Below, in pieces: positions 54,278 through 64,000 of a stretch of 64,000 nucleotides of DNA. The DNA is from Bacteroidia bacterium. GTDB lineage: Bacteria > Bacteroidota > Bacteroidia > SpSt-205. How positions within the stretch are numbered: position 1 is the first letter of the stretch; every line of letters starts with the position of its first letter. The DNA lies in the NCBI GenBank assembly GCA_025057135.1, contig JANWXY010000057.1, positions 15,136-79,135 on the forward strand. Direction: 5' to 3'. Under the pieces are notes generated by a model. That model did no database searches. It was given only the letters and a program-made list of their open reading frames with translations, and was not told the origin of the DNA. The position numbers were made by a program, and so were the translations under genes.

Positions 54278-56019
54278 TCAGATAGCCATGAGAGGATTTC
54301 GGCTTTTTGCTCTGGCTCCAAAGGCGCTGGTGCCCCGAGCATTAGGTCAGCTCCACTGGCTGTCTTAGGAAAAGCTATAACTTCCCGCAGGCTCTGCGCC
54401 CCAGCCATAAGCATCACCCAACGATCAATCCCAAAAGCACATCCACCATGGGGAGGGGCTCCATAACTAAGCGCCTCTAAGAGAAACCCAAATTTCTCTT
54501 TCGCCTCAGCCTCTGACAGCCCCAAAGCTCGGAATACGCGCATTTGTAGCTCTGGCGTGTGACAGCGCAAGCTTCCACTCATAAGCTCATTTCCATTAAC
54601 TACTAAATCATAGGCCAAAGCGCGAACTGACAAAGGAGCCTCTTCTATGAGGTGTAGGTCTTCGGGATGTGGATGCACGAAGGGATGATGAGCCGCAGAC
54701 AAGCGTCCATTATCATCAGCCTCAAACAGCGGAAAATCAATCACCCAAAGCACCGCCCATGGCGTCTCAGGAGGAATGTTCAGATGCTGAATAATTCCTT
54801 GACGCACAGCACCAAGCGCTGATAGCTTTTCCGTCGTAAGCCAAATCCCCATACCGTCACCCGGCAGAGGCAGCTCTTCTATGGACAAAAATTTGCTAAG
54901 AGAAGAGGTCCGATGCCCTCTCTCCTGCTGAATGAAGGCGATACTGCTCGCACCATTATCTTTGGCGATAGTTTGTAGAGTGTCTTGGATTTTGCGGGAG
55001 GCTTTGACCTGCGGCACCCATAGCCAGAAAGTCGCCTTATCTTTCCAGAATGGTACGGGCTGCTGGCGCGCCCATTCAGACACCTCTTCCCAGCGAAAGC
55101 TATAACGCAAATCGGGCTTATCTGAACCGTACCATCGCATCGCCTCCGCATAAGTCAGCCGAGGAAAATCCGGCAACTGCACACCGATAAGCTCGCTGAA
55201 TACAGTTTTTACCAACCCCTCAAAGGTTTCTAAAACCTCCTCTCGGGTCACGAAGCTCATCTCACAATCCAGTTGGGTAAATTCTGCCTGCCGGTCTCCT
55301 CTGTAATCTTCATCACGGAAACAGCGCGCTATCTGGAAATACCTATCGTATCCTGCCACCATGAGAAGCTGCTTGAGAAGCTGGGGAGATTGCGGTAAAG
55401 CGTAGAAAGTACCAGGCTTCAGACGGGAAGGCACGACGAAATCCCTCGCCCCTTCTGGTGTAGAACGAATGAGCATAGGCGTTTCTACCTCTAAAAAGTA
55501 ACGCTGACTCAAATAGCTCCGGATAATAGAAATCATTCGTGCGCGCAGCTCTAAACGGCGCTGCTGTATCGGTCGCCGAAGGTCTAAATACCGATAACGC
55601 AACCGAAGTTCCTCCTGCCCATCCGTCTCATCTTCTATGAGAAAAGGCGGGACTGCGGAGTGATTCAGCACACGAACCTCTTCTACGAGGAGCTCTACTT
55701 CACCAGTAGGAAGGGTGGGATTAGGGCTCTCGCGCCGGCGGAGGATGCCCTCAGCTTGTATGACCCACTCACGACCGAGCTCACGCAATTTCGCATACAT
55801 CGGAGACTCTTCCAGAGCTACAAGTTGAAGTAGGCCGCTCCTATCACGCAAGTCTACGAATACGAACCTACCCAGGTCCCGCACTCGCCGCACCCAACCT
55901 GCGACTCTGACTCGCTGACCCACTTCGGATAGCCTTAGGGCTCCACATCCATGTGTACGATACGAGGTCGCTTCCACTGGACAAAGGTACAGGTGAAGCG
56001 TCGCTCTCTTCCCTGGCAT
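54274..56019 (-). CDS. aspS: aspartate--tRNA ligase
   Basis: 581 aa. N-terminal OB-fold 'YRTHGCGALRL...VRVAGWVRRVRDLG..FVDLRD', class II motifs 'FRDEDYRGDRQAEFTQLDCE' and 'GGCAFGIDRWVMLMAG'. The exact start is uncertain (ATG 56019 vs a downstream GTG). Confidence 0.92.
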   Translation of the reverse strand: MPGKRATLHLYLCPVEATSYRTHGCGALRLSEVGQRVRVAGWVRRVRDLGRFVFVDLRDRSGLLQLVALEESPMYAKLRELGREWVIQAEGILRRRESPNPTLPTGEVELLVEEVRVLNHSAVPPFLIEDETDGQEELRLRYRYLDLRRPIQQRRLELRARMISIIRSYLSQRYFLEVETPMLIRSTPEGARDFVVPSRLKPGTFYALPQSPQLLKQLLMVAGYDRYFQIARCFRDEDYRGDRQAEFTQLDCEMSFVTREEVLETFEGLVKTVFSELIGVQLPDFPRLTYAEAMRWYGSDKPDLRYSFRWEEVSEWARQQPVPFWKDKATFWLWVPQVKASRKIQDTLQTIAKDNGASSIAFIQQERGHRTSSLSKFLSIEELPLPGDGMGIWLTTEKLSALGAVRQGIIQHLNIPPETPWAVLWVIDFPLFEADDNGRLSAAHHPFVHPHPEDLHLIEEAPLSVRALAYDLVVNGNELMSGSLRCHTPELQMRVFRALGLSEAEAKEKFGFLLEALSYGAPPHGGCAFGIDRWVMLMAGAQSLREVIAFPKTASGADLMLGAPAPLEPEQKAEILSWLSE

Positions 56020-56066
56020 CTATACGGCCCCGGAGTTCAATAAATGTATTTTGCTTTTTTTGTCTT

Positions 56067-58982
56067 ATGCGGCTTTTTGGGCTACTGGCATGGGGGGGAT
56101 ATATCTTCTCGCAGGTGATCACGGGCACAGTATATGATGGGACAACGGGCGAACCTCTCCCCGGAGCCACAGTACGCATTCAAGGGACGACTACCGGTAC
56201 GCTCACCGATGAAAAAGGCGCTTTTGCCCTCCCCCTGAAAGAAAAGTTGCCCGTATTTCTCATAGTCAGCTATGTAGGGTATGACACCGCCAAAGTGCCT
56301 GTGTCCAGTTTCAAGCCAGTGCGGATTGCGCTCGGAGAAAAAGAGGTCCTCCAACAGACTGTAGAAATCGTAGATATCCGTATCAGTCAGAAACAGCAGG
56401 AATCTCCCCTCACGATAGAGACGATGGATGCCATCGCTGTACGCGAGAGTGCATCGCCAGACTTCTACGAAAACCTTGCCAATCTGAAAGGGGTAGATAT
56501 TACTACGGCAAGCCTTGGCTTCAAAATCATCAATACTCGCGGCTTCAATAGCACGCGACCAGTCCGCACCCTCCAGATTGTAGATGGCATGGATAATCAA
56601 GCTCCCGGACTGAATTTTTCCTTAGGAAACTTTGTCGGGGCTTCGGAACTAGACATCCAGTCGGTAGAGCTGGTAGTGGGTGCCCAATCCGCTCTCTATG
56701 GTCCGAATGCCTTCAATGGTGTCATCCTCATGAACCTCAAAGACCCCTTTCTCCATACTGGAACAAGTGCAAATTTCAAAATAGGTAATCGCGGTCTGAT
56801 AGAAACAGGCTTTCGGCTGGCGCAGGTGGTAGGAGCGTCTGAGCGCTTCGCTTTCAAACTAAGCGGCTCTTTCATGCAAGCCCAAGATTGGCCCGCTGAA
56901 AATGACGCCCCTACCACCCAGTCTCTCGTAAATCAAAATAATCCCGGGGGCTACGATGCGGTCAATCGCTACGGCGATGAAAACCCTGACCCCCGTTCCA
57001 ATAACTATGATAACTCTAACTACAGCCGCTTCTTCTTTCCTGGATTAGGCATTTACCATCGTACGGGCTACTGGGAACGCGAACTGGTAGATTACGCTGT
57101 CAAAAGCCTCAAACTCTCAGGCGGGCTATACTACAAGCTAAATCCAGACCTACGCTTAGAATACACCGCTAACTTCGGCACAGGAACCACAGTCTATCAA
57201 GGGGACAACCGCTACAGCATCAGGGACATTTTATTTTTCCAGCATAAGGCGGAAATCAAAGGAAAAAACTTTTACATTCGCAGCTATCATACCACAGAGG
57301 ATGCAGGCAAATCATATGACATCGTCTTCACTGCGCTTCTGCTCCAGCGGTATGCCAAACCTTCGGACAAATGGGCGTTAGATTATCAGAGAGCCTTTAT
57401 CCCTTACAGCCAGCAGATTCGGAATGACCCGGAGTTCCCCTCTAGCTTTGTCAACAACCCTAACTTTTACCCCCAGTATCAATACATCCTTCAAAAGTAC
57501 CGAGACTCTCTGCTGATATGGCATCAAAGAGCACGGGCGTATGCAGATGGTATCGGAAATCCCTTTTCCTGTGATACTTGCCGAAGTCGTCTGGAGCCTG
57601 GAACACCAGAATTTACGACAGTATTTCAGCGGATTATTTCTAATCCCAGTTTCTTAGGTGGAGGTAGCCGATTTGTAGACAATTCTGCCCTGGTGCATGT
57701 CCAAGGAGGGCATGAATGGAAGTTCGCCAAACGATTTCATCTCCACTGGGGCGCCAACTATCGCAGATACTTACCAAAGTCCTATGGAACTATATTCGCA
57801 GATACTCTCATAGACCCATCTAAGCCCGAGCTGGGATACAGACGCATCACCCTATACGAATGGGGCGCTTTTGGCCACTTGGAAAGTAGCTGGCTCAAAG
57901 ATGATCGCTTGCGTGTCGGCATAGCTCTGCGAGCCGACGTTCAGCAGAATTTCGTGCGAGAACGCAATATCCTCCAGCGCTTCTCCTTAGAGCGTGTCAT
58001 ACGAGCCCTCCGACGCAACTTCATTTATTCCCCGGCTGTCACAGTGAGCTATACTGTAAAGCAGTTTCACATTTTACGAGCGGCTTACACCTCCGCCCTA
58101 CGCTACCCCACCCTGCAGGACCAGTATCTATACTACAATGTCGGGCGAGCCATTCTTCTTGGGAACGCCACAGGCATGGGCAATATCATTCCTCTGGAAA
58201 ACCTATACGATTTCCTTGCTACTGGCGATATGCAGTTGCTGAATCCTATCTTCGTCCCCGGAGTTCGTCCAGAGCGGCTACGAACCTTTGAGATAGGCTA
58301 TAAGGGCATCTGGAAGGAACGGTTGTTCATTGATGCCGGCTACTTTTTCAGTTGGTATTGGGACTTTTTGGGATTTCGGCTGGTCTCTACGGTACCTGAT
58401 CTGCTGACAGGCCGCCCAGTACAGATTTATCGTCTTTCTGCAAATGCGTCAGATATAGTTACCACGCAGGGGTTTGCTTTGGGCGTGTATTACTATTTTG
58501 CTAAAAAATACACCTTTTCTGGCAGCTATACTTGGGCGGTGCTGAATAAAGGCGGCTCATGGATGGACGATTTCGCCAGAAGCGTTAATAGGCTTTTCGG
58601 GCGGCGGGTATTGAGAGAAATCCCCCCCCATGATGACCCAATCATTCCCGCTTTCAATACTCCTCCTCATAAATACAACTTCGGGCTCAGCGCTCGTGAC
58701 CTGATAATCCCTGTAGCCGGCAGGGATATTCGGTATTTAGGCTTTGCGGTCACCTGGCGGTGGGTGCATGGATTTTGGTTTGAGGGTTCCCCTCAATTTA
58801 CGGGATATGTGCCTTCGTACGGAACCCTCGATGCCCAGCTGAGCTGGCGGCCAGCATCTACCCCGGAAGTCACCTATAAAGTCGGAGGGACTAACCTGCT
58901 CGGGCAGAGATTTTTCCAAGCGTACGGAGCGCCATTTATCGGACGGCTCGTGTATGTCGGCGTTTGGATAGACCTGCTGTAA
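56067..58982 (+). CDS. TonB-dependent outer-membrane receptor (CarboxypepD_reg N-domain + plug + barrel)
   Basis: Start at Met 'MRLFGLLAWGGYIFSQ' (signal peptide). 'VITGTVYDGTTGEPLPGATVRIQGT...TDEKGAF' is the carboxypeptidase-regulatory-like domain. The sequence is beta-barrel rich and ends in aromatic-rich 'VYVGVWIDLL'. Confidence 0.8.
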   Translation: MRLFGLLAWGGYIFSQVITGTVYDGTTGEPLPGATVRIQGTTTGTLTDEKGAFALPLKEKLPVFLIVSYVGYDTAKVPVSSFKPVRIALGEKEVLQQTVEIVDIRISQKQQESPLTIETMDAIAVRESASPDFYENLANLKGVDITTASLGFKIINTRGFNSTRPVRTLQIVDGMDNQAPGLNFSLGNFVGASELDIQSVELVVGAQSALYGPNAFNGVILMNLKDPFLHTGTSANFKIGNRGLIETGFRLAQVVGASERFAFKLSGSFMQAQDWPAENDAPTTQSLVNQNNPGGYDAVNRYGDENPDPRSNNYDNSNYSRFFFPGLGIYHRTGYWERELVDYAVKSLKLSGGLYYKLNPDLRLEYTANFGTGTTVYQGDNRYSIRDILFFQHKAEIKGKNFYIRSYHTTEDAGKSYDIVFTALLLQRYAKPSDKWALDYQRAFIPYSQQIRNDPEFPSSFVNNPNFYPQYQYILQKYRDSLLIWHQRARAYADGIGNPFSCDTCRSRLEPGTPEFTTVFQRIISNPSFLGGGSRFVDNSALVHVQGGHEWKFAKRFHLHWGANYRRYLPKSYGTIFADTLIDPSKPELGYRRITLYEWGAFGHLESSWLKDDRLRVGIALRADVQQNFVRERNILQRFSLERVIRALRRNFIYSPAVTVSYTVKQFHILRAAYTSALRYPTLQDQYLYYNVGRAILLGNATGMGNIIPLENLYDFLATGDMQLLNPIFVPGVRPERLRTFEIGYKGIWKERLFIDAGYFFSWYWDFLGFRLVSTVPDLLTGRPVQIYRLSANASDIVTTQGFALGVYYYFAKKYTFSGSYTWAVLNKGGSWMDDFARSVNRLFGRRVLREIPPHDDPIIPAFNTPPHKYNFGLSARDLIIPVAGRDIRYLGFAVTWRWVHGFWFEGSPQFTGYVPSYGTLDAQLSWRPASTPEVTYKVGGTNLLGQRFFQAYGAPFIGRLVYVGVWIDLL

Positions 58983-59044
58983 GTTTCGGAGCCGATGCCG
59001 TATCTTAGTACCAGTGTATGGACTGCTCGGGTTTAGGCGTAGCT

Positions 59045-59920
59045 ATGGCTACGCCCTTCAAAGCCGATGGCTCCTTAGATGAGTCAGGGGTTAGGCGGCT
59101 GATTCGGTATGTGATAGATAATGGCGCCGACTATGTAGTAGCTCTGGGCACGACAGGAGAAGCCGTTACACAGACGCTCAGCGAAAGGCTCAGATTATTG
59201 GAAATTGTATTTGACGAGGTAGGTGGAAAGTCGCCCGTTGTGGTAGGGGCGGGGGGGTATGACTCTCACGCTATCGCCGAAGAAATGAACACGTATGCTC
59301 GCCACTTTCCCGTAGAGGCTTTCCTTTCCGTAACCCCGTATTATAATAAACCCACCCCAGATGGTCTCTACGCTCATTATGCCTACCTCGCAGAGCGCAG
59401 CCCGCGCCCCATCATTCTCTATAACGTGCCTGTACGAACAGGGGTACATTTGCCGCCTGCTATCACTCTAAAGCTCGCTCGTGATTTCCCTCAGCAGATA
59501 ATCGGCTTGAAAGACGCTTCTCTGGACCTTATACAAGGCATGGAGCTGTATGCCCAGGTTCCGTCAGGTTTTCAGCTTATTTCAGGCGATGATGTATTAG
59601 CTGCGCCTGCCATACTGATGGGCTATGTAGGGGTGATTTCTGTTTTAGGAAATGCTCTACCAGCTACCATGCGGCGCTTGGTACAAGCCGCTCACCAAGG
59701 AGAAATAGAAAGCGTGCGGCAGTTAGAGTCTGCATTACTTCCTCTAATGAGACTGTGTTTTGCTGAGGGCAATCCGACAGGGATTAAAGGCCTTCTATCG
59801 GAGTTAGGCATCATAGAGCCATGGACGCGCCTTCCGCTTCTCCCTGCCTCTGAAGGGCTGCGGGAGCGCTTCCGTCAAGCCCTTTCCGAGGTACGACATG
59901 CAGTACTTACTGAAAGCTAA
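59045..59920 (+). CDS. dapA: 4-hydroxy-tetrahydrodipicolinate synthase
   Basis: About 291 aa from 'MATPFKADG'. Motifs 'ALGTTGEAVTQT', 'PYYNKPT' and 'IIGLKDAS' (Schiff-base Lys region). Confidence 0.85.
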   Translation: MATPFKADGSLDESGVRRLIRYVIDNGADYVVALGTTGEAVTQTLSERLRLLEIVFDEVGGKSPVVVGAGGYDSHAIAEEMNTYARHFPVEAFLSVTPYYNKPTPDGLYAHYAYLAERSPRPIILYNVPVRTGVHLPPAITLKLARDFPQQIIGLKDASLDLIQGMELYAQVPSGFQLISGDDVLAAPAILMGYVGVISVLGNALPATMRRLVQAAHQGEIESVRQLESALLPLMRLCFAEGNPTGIKGLLSELGIIEPWTRLPLLPASEGLRERFRQALSEVRHAVLTES

Positions 59921-59997
59921 AAGCCATACATAAATACCATACTGACGGGTCTCGAGAGCTCCGAGCCCTTACTCTGGGATTTTTCTATTTACGGCTT

Positions 59998-62900
59998 TTA
60001 CGGCTGCACGAGGAGGAGTTTCTGGGCCCCACTGGGTAGGAAGCATATTCTGTATGCCCCAGCTGGCACAGCTAAGGTTAGCCGGGTAGGCTGGTACGGC
60101 TGTAATGTAGCCTGAGTGACGACTCTACCGCTCAGGTCAAAAATGAAGACCTCGCTTGTTTCGGGCGCTCTAATAAAGAGCTCACCTTGCGTCGGATTGG
60201 GATAAACTACGGGCATCCCCATCTCCATAAGGAGAGAAGAAGGGTCTGATGGGGGCTGAACGCTTACCCATATGGAGTCTGCCTCATTGCAGTCGTTAGT
60301 TTGGCTCTGTAGCTCTAAGAGAAATAGCCCTCTTTCCCCCCATTCTCGGGTATAGTCGGAGCCGCTCGTCCAATCTATGAGGATACCTTGACGATTCCAA
60401 AGCCGCCATGAGAAAGTGGCCCCGCTGGCGGCAGCCTGCGCTGAGAGGGTATGGGTGCCAAATATGAGCCCTAAGGTATCTCCATTCTGGAGGGTCAGCG
60501 TATCATAAGCTATTCGCGCATCTATGGAAGGGATAATCGTCAATCGGACTGTATCCCGAGCCGAGCGTAGCGGAGCACACAACTGAGTAGGCTCACGACG
60601 AGCCTCTACCACTATCACATGTGTGCCCAGGGGTAGGAGAAGGTTAGCCACAGAGTCGGTTTCATGAGAAAGTAGCTGACCATTCAGATACCATTGATAA
60701 GCATTTGCCCCCGGGACAAAACCACTCAGCCGAAAGCCAGTGGGACTGAGGCATACATTTCTATCAGGTCCCAAATCTGGCTTAGAGAGAGGAAGGTTAT
60801 ATGCCCGAGCGGTGAGCTTGAAATGACCAAGGTCAAGGGGAGTTTCACCTTCTACTACCACGAGAAAGTTGGCGCCGCCGGGGAGGGGGAGTTTTGGACG
60901 GGCTGGTTGAGAAAAATCTTCTCCCGAAGGAATGTCCCTCATCGTATAGCCAAGCGCAATAATCCGAGAAGTAAGGCTCGCCGGTACGGACCCAGGAGTA
61001 CAAGTAGGATGATACCCTTGATCCCGATCCGTTATGGTATCCAAACTTTCTATCAAGTGAAGGCGGGTATCAAAGTCGGTCTCCTCGCTACACAGGTCAA
61101 TCTCAAGAGAGTCCATACAATCGGGCAAGCTAAGAGTAAAAAACAACTCAGCCGAAGAACTGGCCCCAAAAACGCCATGATATGCATTCGTCAGACCCGG
61201 AGGAAGTAGAGAGTCACTATGCACTACTGCCCATATACCAGTGCCCGCAGGCGAGAGTGTCAGAGGAATAGCTGTTGAAGGTCGGTTACCGATACGGTCA
61301 TATACGCTAAGATATAGGGATGGAGAAGTATCTGCCGAAGCAGGGCAGCCGGGCGGCGAAAGGGCTATTAGCTTGAGCTCAACGCTTCCAGGAAAGCTTG
61401 GGGGCTCAGGCAGTGGAAAAGATAAAGGAAAACTCATCGGCAGAACCGCCTGAGTACGCCATGTCAGCCCATTATCCACTGACCATGCCAGAAGCAGCTC
61501 TCCTGAGAGGATAGAAGGATTTGACACAGAGAGGGTTATATGACTGCCCACCAAACCAGCGGTCGCTGAGGCACTGAGAGCGTGTGCAGACGGAGTCGGA
61601 CAGGGAAATACATTACCTGCCACCTCATCGGCCCCTATATCCGGAGCTGTACCTGGGTCATCGGCTCCACCCAGAGGGCGGATATCCCCATCTACGTCTT
61701 GGGAAGATGCGGTAGAAGTATGACCAGCATTTATACCTATCCAGGGCACAGTGGGATTGAGATGGAAATCGCTCCCAGAGACAAAGGGAGCGCCCCCAGT
61801 CAGTCCCCACTGACTATTTAGGTCTGTACCACTCAGGCTACGCCATTCCGCAAGGCTACCTACGGTGCGTTTAGCGCTCCCAGCACCCAAACGAGCGATA
61901 TAAGTGCGCTCTGGCGCCTCCCCCGCCACAAAGTAGAAATTATTCCTCAGGACAAAAGAACCCCACTGCATAAGTTCTGCGGGCTCCCAAAAAGCCAAGG
62001 CACAGGTTTCTTTTCTGTCTGGCGGGATAGAGCTACGCAAGTGGAGAGTGTTTTGAATCAGGTTATTGGTGAGCTCCACCCCGCCCCGGATGAAGCGTCC
62101 TATGACTATCCCAGCCGTGAAGCCATCCCGCGCCCATGGAACCCGACTCTCAGCAGTTCCGTAGAGATTTATGGTGTTATGTCTGATTGTGAAGGTGGCA
62201 GCATTGTCCGGCAGTTGGCTTTCTAAGATTATCCCTGCGGCGATATAACTACTGCTCCCTGGTATGCCCTCATCCGTTGAGGCGATAATATCGCTGATAA
62301 AGTTATTCTCAAACAGATGGGGAGCGGCACCGAAGTTCGGATTCCTTATGCACAATACCCCTACGGCGCCAAATCCCTCGTCTGATAGGCTGTGTATATT
62401 GCGGATGATGTTTTTTCTCAGAGTTACATTGTGGCATCGGTCTAAATGCAATCCCACCAAAGAGCGCGGACCTGCATACCAGCAACCCTCCACAAGTGAA
62501 GAATCTACTAAAAGGTTAGTCACAAGCTGGGCGAAAATCGCTGCATCTCTCCAGGCATTCTCCGCTTGACTGAGGGTATTTGTGGGATAGCCGATTGCGC
62601 ACCGACTGAAAGTTATTTGATTGACTGCGCCCCATCCCCCCGCAATCAAAGCTGCTCCATAACGCGCGCGCCGCAGCGTACAGGCGGAAAAAGTAATCTG
62701 ACTCACAGCCGCAGGCACTGGACGCATGACATTACTTACACTATCGCCGATGTAGATAGCAGTCCAAGTTTTCTCCCGCCCTGAACCTTCAATAAGGCAG
62801 CTATCTATGCGAATGCGCGTTATCCCCCCAGCATTAGAGGGCAGTATTCCCACGACCCCTGTAAAAGCCGTCGTATCAGTGAGACATTTCAGAGTGAGAT

Positions 62901-63264
62901 TGCCGCGCCCATTTAGAGTGAAGCGTTGTACCCCACCTTGAATTCGCAGTACAAACTGCCCTACCCACCACTCAGCAGGCGGTGCCTTAGCGATAGTAAC
63001 GGGCGTATCTACAAGAATCATAACCTCGCAGTTGGTGCAGGTATATGGCTTTACTCGGATGGTAAAAGGCTCAAGGGCTGGATCGTACGGATACACTACC
63101 CGAAAGATCACCGTATCCTGGGCCCCTTGCGCACTCAAGTGATCCAAAGCAAGTTGAATGGTCTCGTAAGTGCGAAGGGAGGGATTAGTTGTGCCATTGA
63201 TGAAATAGGTGCCAGTGAGCTGACTCCATAAAAGCAAGAATACCCCCATCATCCCCCACAGCAT
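59998..63264 (-). CDS. large secreted beta-helix-rich protein with T9SS type-A C-terminal sorting domain
   Basis: About 1088 aa from Met 'MLWGMMGVFLLLWSQLTG' (signal peptide). The ORF-track start at 63426 would overlap etfB and is rejected. The C-terminal CTD-A is 'VVYPNPTQGELFIRAPETSEVFIFDLSGRVV...YRICFLPSGAQKLLLVQP'. The central region has repetitive parallel beta-helix-like character. Confidence 0.65.
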   Translation of the reverse strand: MLWGMMGVFLLLWSQLTGTYFINGTTNPSLRTYETIQLALDHLSAQGAQDTVIFRVVYPYDPALEPFTIRVKPYTCTNCEVMILVDTPVTIAKAPPAEWWVGQFVLRIQGGVQRFTLNGRGNLTLKCLTDTTAFTGVVGILPSNAGGITRIRIDSCLIEGSGREKTWTAIYIGDSVSNVMRPVPAAVSQITFSACTLRRARYGAALIAGGWGAVNQITFSRCAIGYPTNTLSQAENAWRDAAIFAQLVTNLLVDSSLVEGCWYAGPRSLVGLHLDRCHNVTLRKNIIRNIHSLSDEGFGAVGVLCIRNPNFGAAPHLFENNFISDIIASTDEGIPGSSSYIAAGIILESQLPDNAATFTIRHNTINLYGTAESRVPWARDGFTAGIVIGRFIRGGVELTNNLIQNTLHLRSSIPPDRKETCALAFWEPAELMQWGSFVLRNNFYFVAGEAPERTYIARLGAGSAKRTVGSLAEWRSLSGTDLNSQWGLTGGAPFVSGSDFHLNPTVPWIGINAGHTSTASSQDVDGDIRPLGGADDPGTAPDIGADEVAGNVFPCPTPSAHALSASATAGLVGSHITLSVSNPSILSGELLLAWSVDNGLTWRTQAVLPMSFPLSFPLPEPPSFPGSVELKLIALSPPGCPASADTSPSLYLSVYDRIGNRPSTAIPLTLSPAGTGIWAVVHSDSLLPPGLTNAYHGVFGASSSAELFFTLSLPDCMDSLEIDLCSEETDFDTRLHLIESLDTITDRDQGYHPTCTPGSVPASLTSRIIALGYTMRDIPSGEDFSQPARPKLPLPGGANFLVVVEGETPLDLGHFKLTARAYNLPLSKPDLGPDRNVCLSPTGFRLSGFVPGANAYQWYLNGQLLSHETDSVANLLLPLGTHVIVVEARREPTQLCAPLRSARDTVRLTIIPSIDARIAYDTLTLQNGDTLGLIFGTHTLSAQAAASGATFSWRLWNRQGILIDWTSGSDYTREWGERGLFLLELQSQTNDCNEADSIWVSVQPPSDPSSLLMEMGMPVVYPNPTQGELFIRAPETSEVFIFDLSGRVVTQATLQPYQPTRLTLAVPAGAYRICFLPSGAQKLLLVQP

Positions 63265-63372
63265 GTAGCAAATATATCTGAAAACTTTCTCCGGGGATAG
63301 CCCGCCTGGCCTATCTGCTGTGAGCGTTTCAATATGCCATGAACAAGCGAGTTTTTGTTTATTTGTGCTGAG

Positions 63373-64000
63373 ATGAAAATCCTCTGCTGCATCAGCCACG
63401 TACCCGATACTACGACCCGCATCCAATTCACAGCAGATGGCAAAGCATTAGACCGAACGGGCGTAACTTTTATCATTAATCCGTACGACGATTTCATCTT
63501 AGCCCGAGCTGCGGAGCTCAAGGAAAAAAACCCTTCTGGTGTTCACGTCACTGTGCTATGTGTGGGGAAAAATGGCACCTCCTCCACTGACAGTGTAGAT
63601 GCGAATCTCCGTAAAGCTTTGGCCCTTGGACTGGATGAAGCCGTACGGATTGACGCTGAGGCGAGTGATGCGTTTTTTGTCGCCTCACAAATAGCTGCTT
63701 ATGCCAAGGGTGAAGGCTTTGACCTGCTCATGTTTGGTAAAGAGTCTATTGACTACAATGGTTCTCAGGTCGCAGGCATGGTTGCTGCGATGTTGGACCT
63801 ACCATTTATTTCATACGCCACCAGCATAGAGCCTCAGAATGGCGTAGCCAAGCTCACTCGCGAAATCACTGGGGGTAAAGAGCATATTGAGTGTCCGCTT
63901 CCTTTGGTGCTTAGTGCTCAGAAGGGATTAGCTGAGTGGCGGATTCCAAATGTCCGGGGTATTATGCAGGCAAAATCTAAGCCGCTACACGTGCTTGCTC
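63373..64000 (+). CDS. etfB: electron transfer flavoprotein beta subunit (3' end beyond window)
   Basis: 'MKILCCISHVPDTTTRIQF...GVTFIINPYDDFILARAAELKEK...VLCVGKNG'. Canonical EtfB N-terminus. No stop codon before the window end. Confidence 0.8.
   Translation, partial: MKILCCISHVPDTTTRIQFTADGKALDRTGVTFIINPYDDFILARAAELKEKNPSGVHVTVLCVGKNGTSSTDSVDANLRKALALGLDEAVRIDAEASDAFFVASQIAAYAKGEGFDLLMFGKESIDYNGSQVAGMVAAMLDLPFISYATSIEPQNGVAKLTREITGGKEHIECPLPLVLSAQKGLAEWRIPNVRGIMQAKSKPLHVLA

Noticed and set aside
56082-56600. 172-aa antisense ORF within the TonB-dependent receptor gene
   Set aside because: It overlaps the signal-peptide / CarboxypepD_reg / plug region of a clear receptor gene on the other strand.
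59921-59997. Possible bidirectional terminator between dapA and the convergent T9SS cargo gene
   Set aside because: Only an imperfect palindrome around 'ctcgagagctccgag' with no flanking T/A tracts. Too weak to call.
60694-61209. 171-aa + strand ORF (and others 61241-63231) inside the large T9SS cargo gene
   Set aside because: Antisense frames of a long GC-rich repeat-containing gene. Lys/Arg-rich with low complexity.
63265-63426. 5' extension of the large T9SS cargo ORF overlapping the etfB start
   Set aside because: The hydrophilic 54-codon extension precedes a classic signal peptide and would create a divergent start-start overlap with etfB. The internal Met at 63264 is preferred.
63249-63521. 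90-aa minus-strand ORF at the etfB 5' end
   Set aside because: It overlaps the canonical EtfB N-terminus (MKILCCISHVPDT) on the opposite strand. No support.

Overview
This is a chromosomal segment from a Bacteroidota/FCB-group bacterium, and almost all of it is protein-coding. The taxonomic call rests on the long-form IspG, an LpxC/FabZ fusion, GldF/GldG-like genes, T9SS C-terminal domains, a PorP/SprF gene, and -33 TTTG / -7 TAnnTTTG promoter motifs.

- **Conserved core.** The tRNA-Thr ... tuf - tRNA-Trp - secE - nusG - rplK - rplA - rplJ - rplL - rpoB - rpoC cluster occupies 29.9-43.1 kb. Nif3 and a COG1579 Zn-ribbon gene are translationally coupled to its end.
- **Long unidirectional + strand block (8.4-28.4 kb).** In order: ftsK, an epimerase, thiS-thiO, a tightly overlapping 5-gene module, FtcD, lpxD, lpxC/fabZ, an orphan ABC ATPase, and a predicted periplasmic set (LysM protein, SDR, Tat-signal class-V PLP enzyme, M23 peptidase).
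- **The 5-gene module.** A dockerin-like exported protein, a T9SS type-A CTD protein, a 915-aa PKD/type-B CTD adhesin, PorP/SprF, and a membrane PAS-PP2C phosphatase.
- **Other calls.** ispG, an acyl-CoA dehydrogenase, an MFS transporter, pyrF, LolA, Tat-signal Fe/Mn SOD, HU, a trypsin-like protease, kdsB, a radical-SAM protein with an uncharacterised N-domain, a PhnP-like MBL hydrolase, aspS, a TonB-dependent receptor, dapA, a 1088-aa beta-helix T9SS cargo, and partial etfB. Three tRNAs (Cys-GCA, Thr-GGT, Trp-CCA) and a degenerate tRNA-like element in the tuf leader are present.
- **Not found.** No rRNA, CRISPR array, transposase, integrase or prophage was recognisable.

The most interesting candidates are the cargo/PorP/PP2C operon, the Tat-exported PLP enzyme cluster, and the radical-SAM gene. 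Each is an inference from sequence motifs only.
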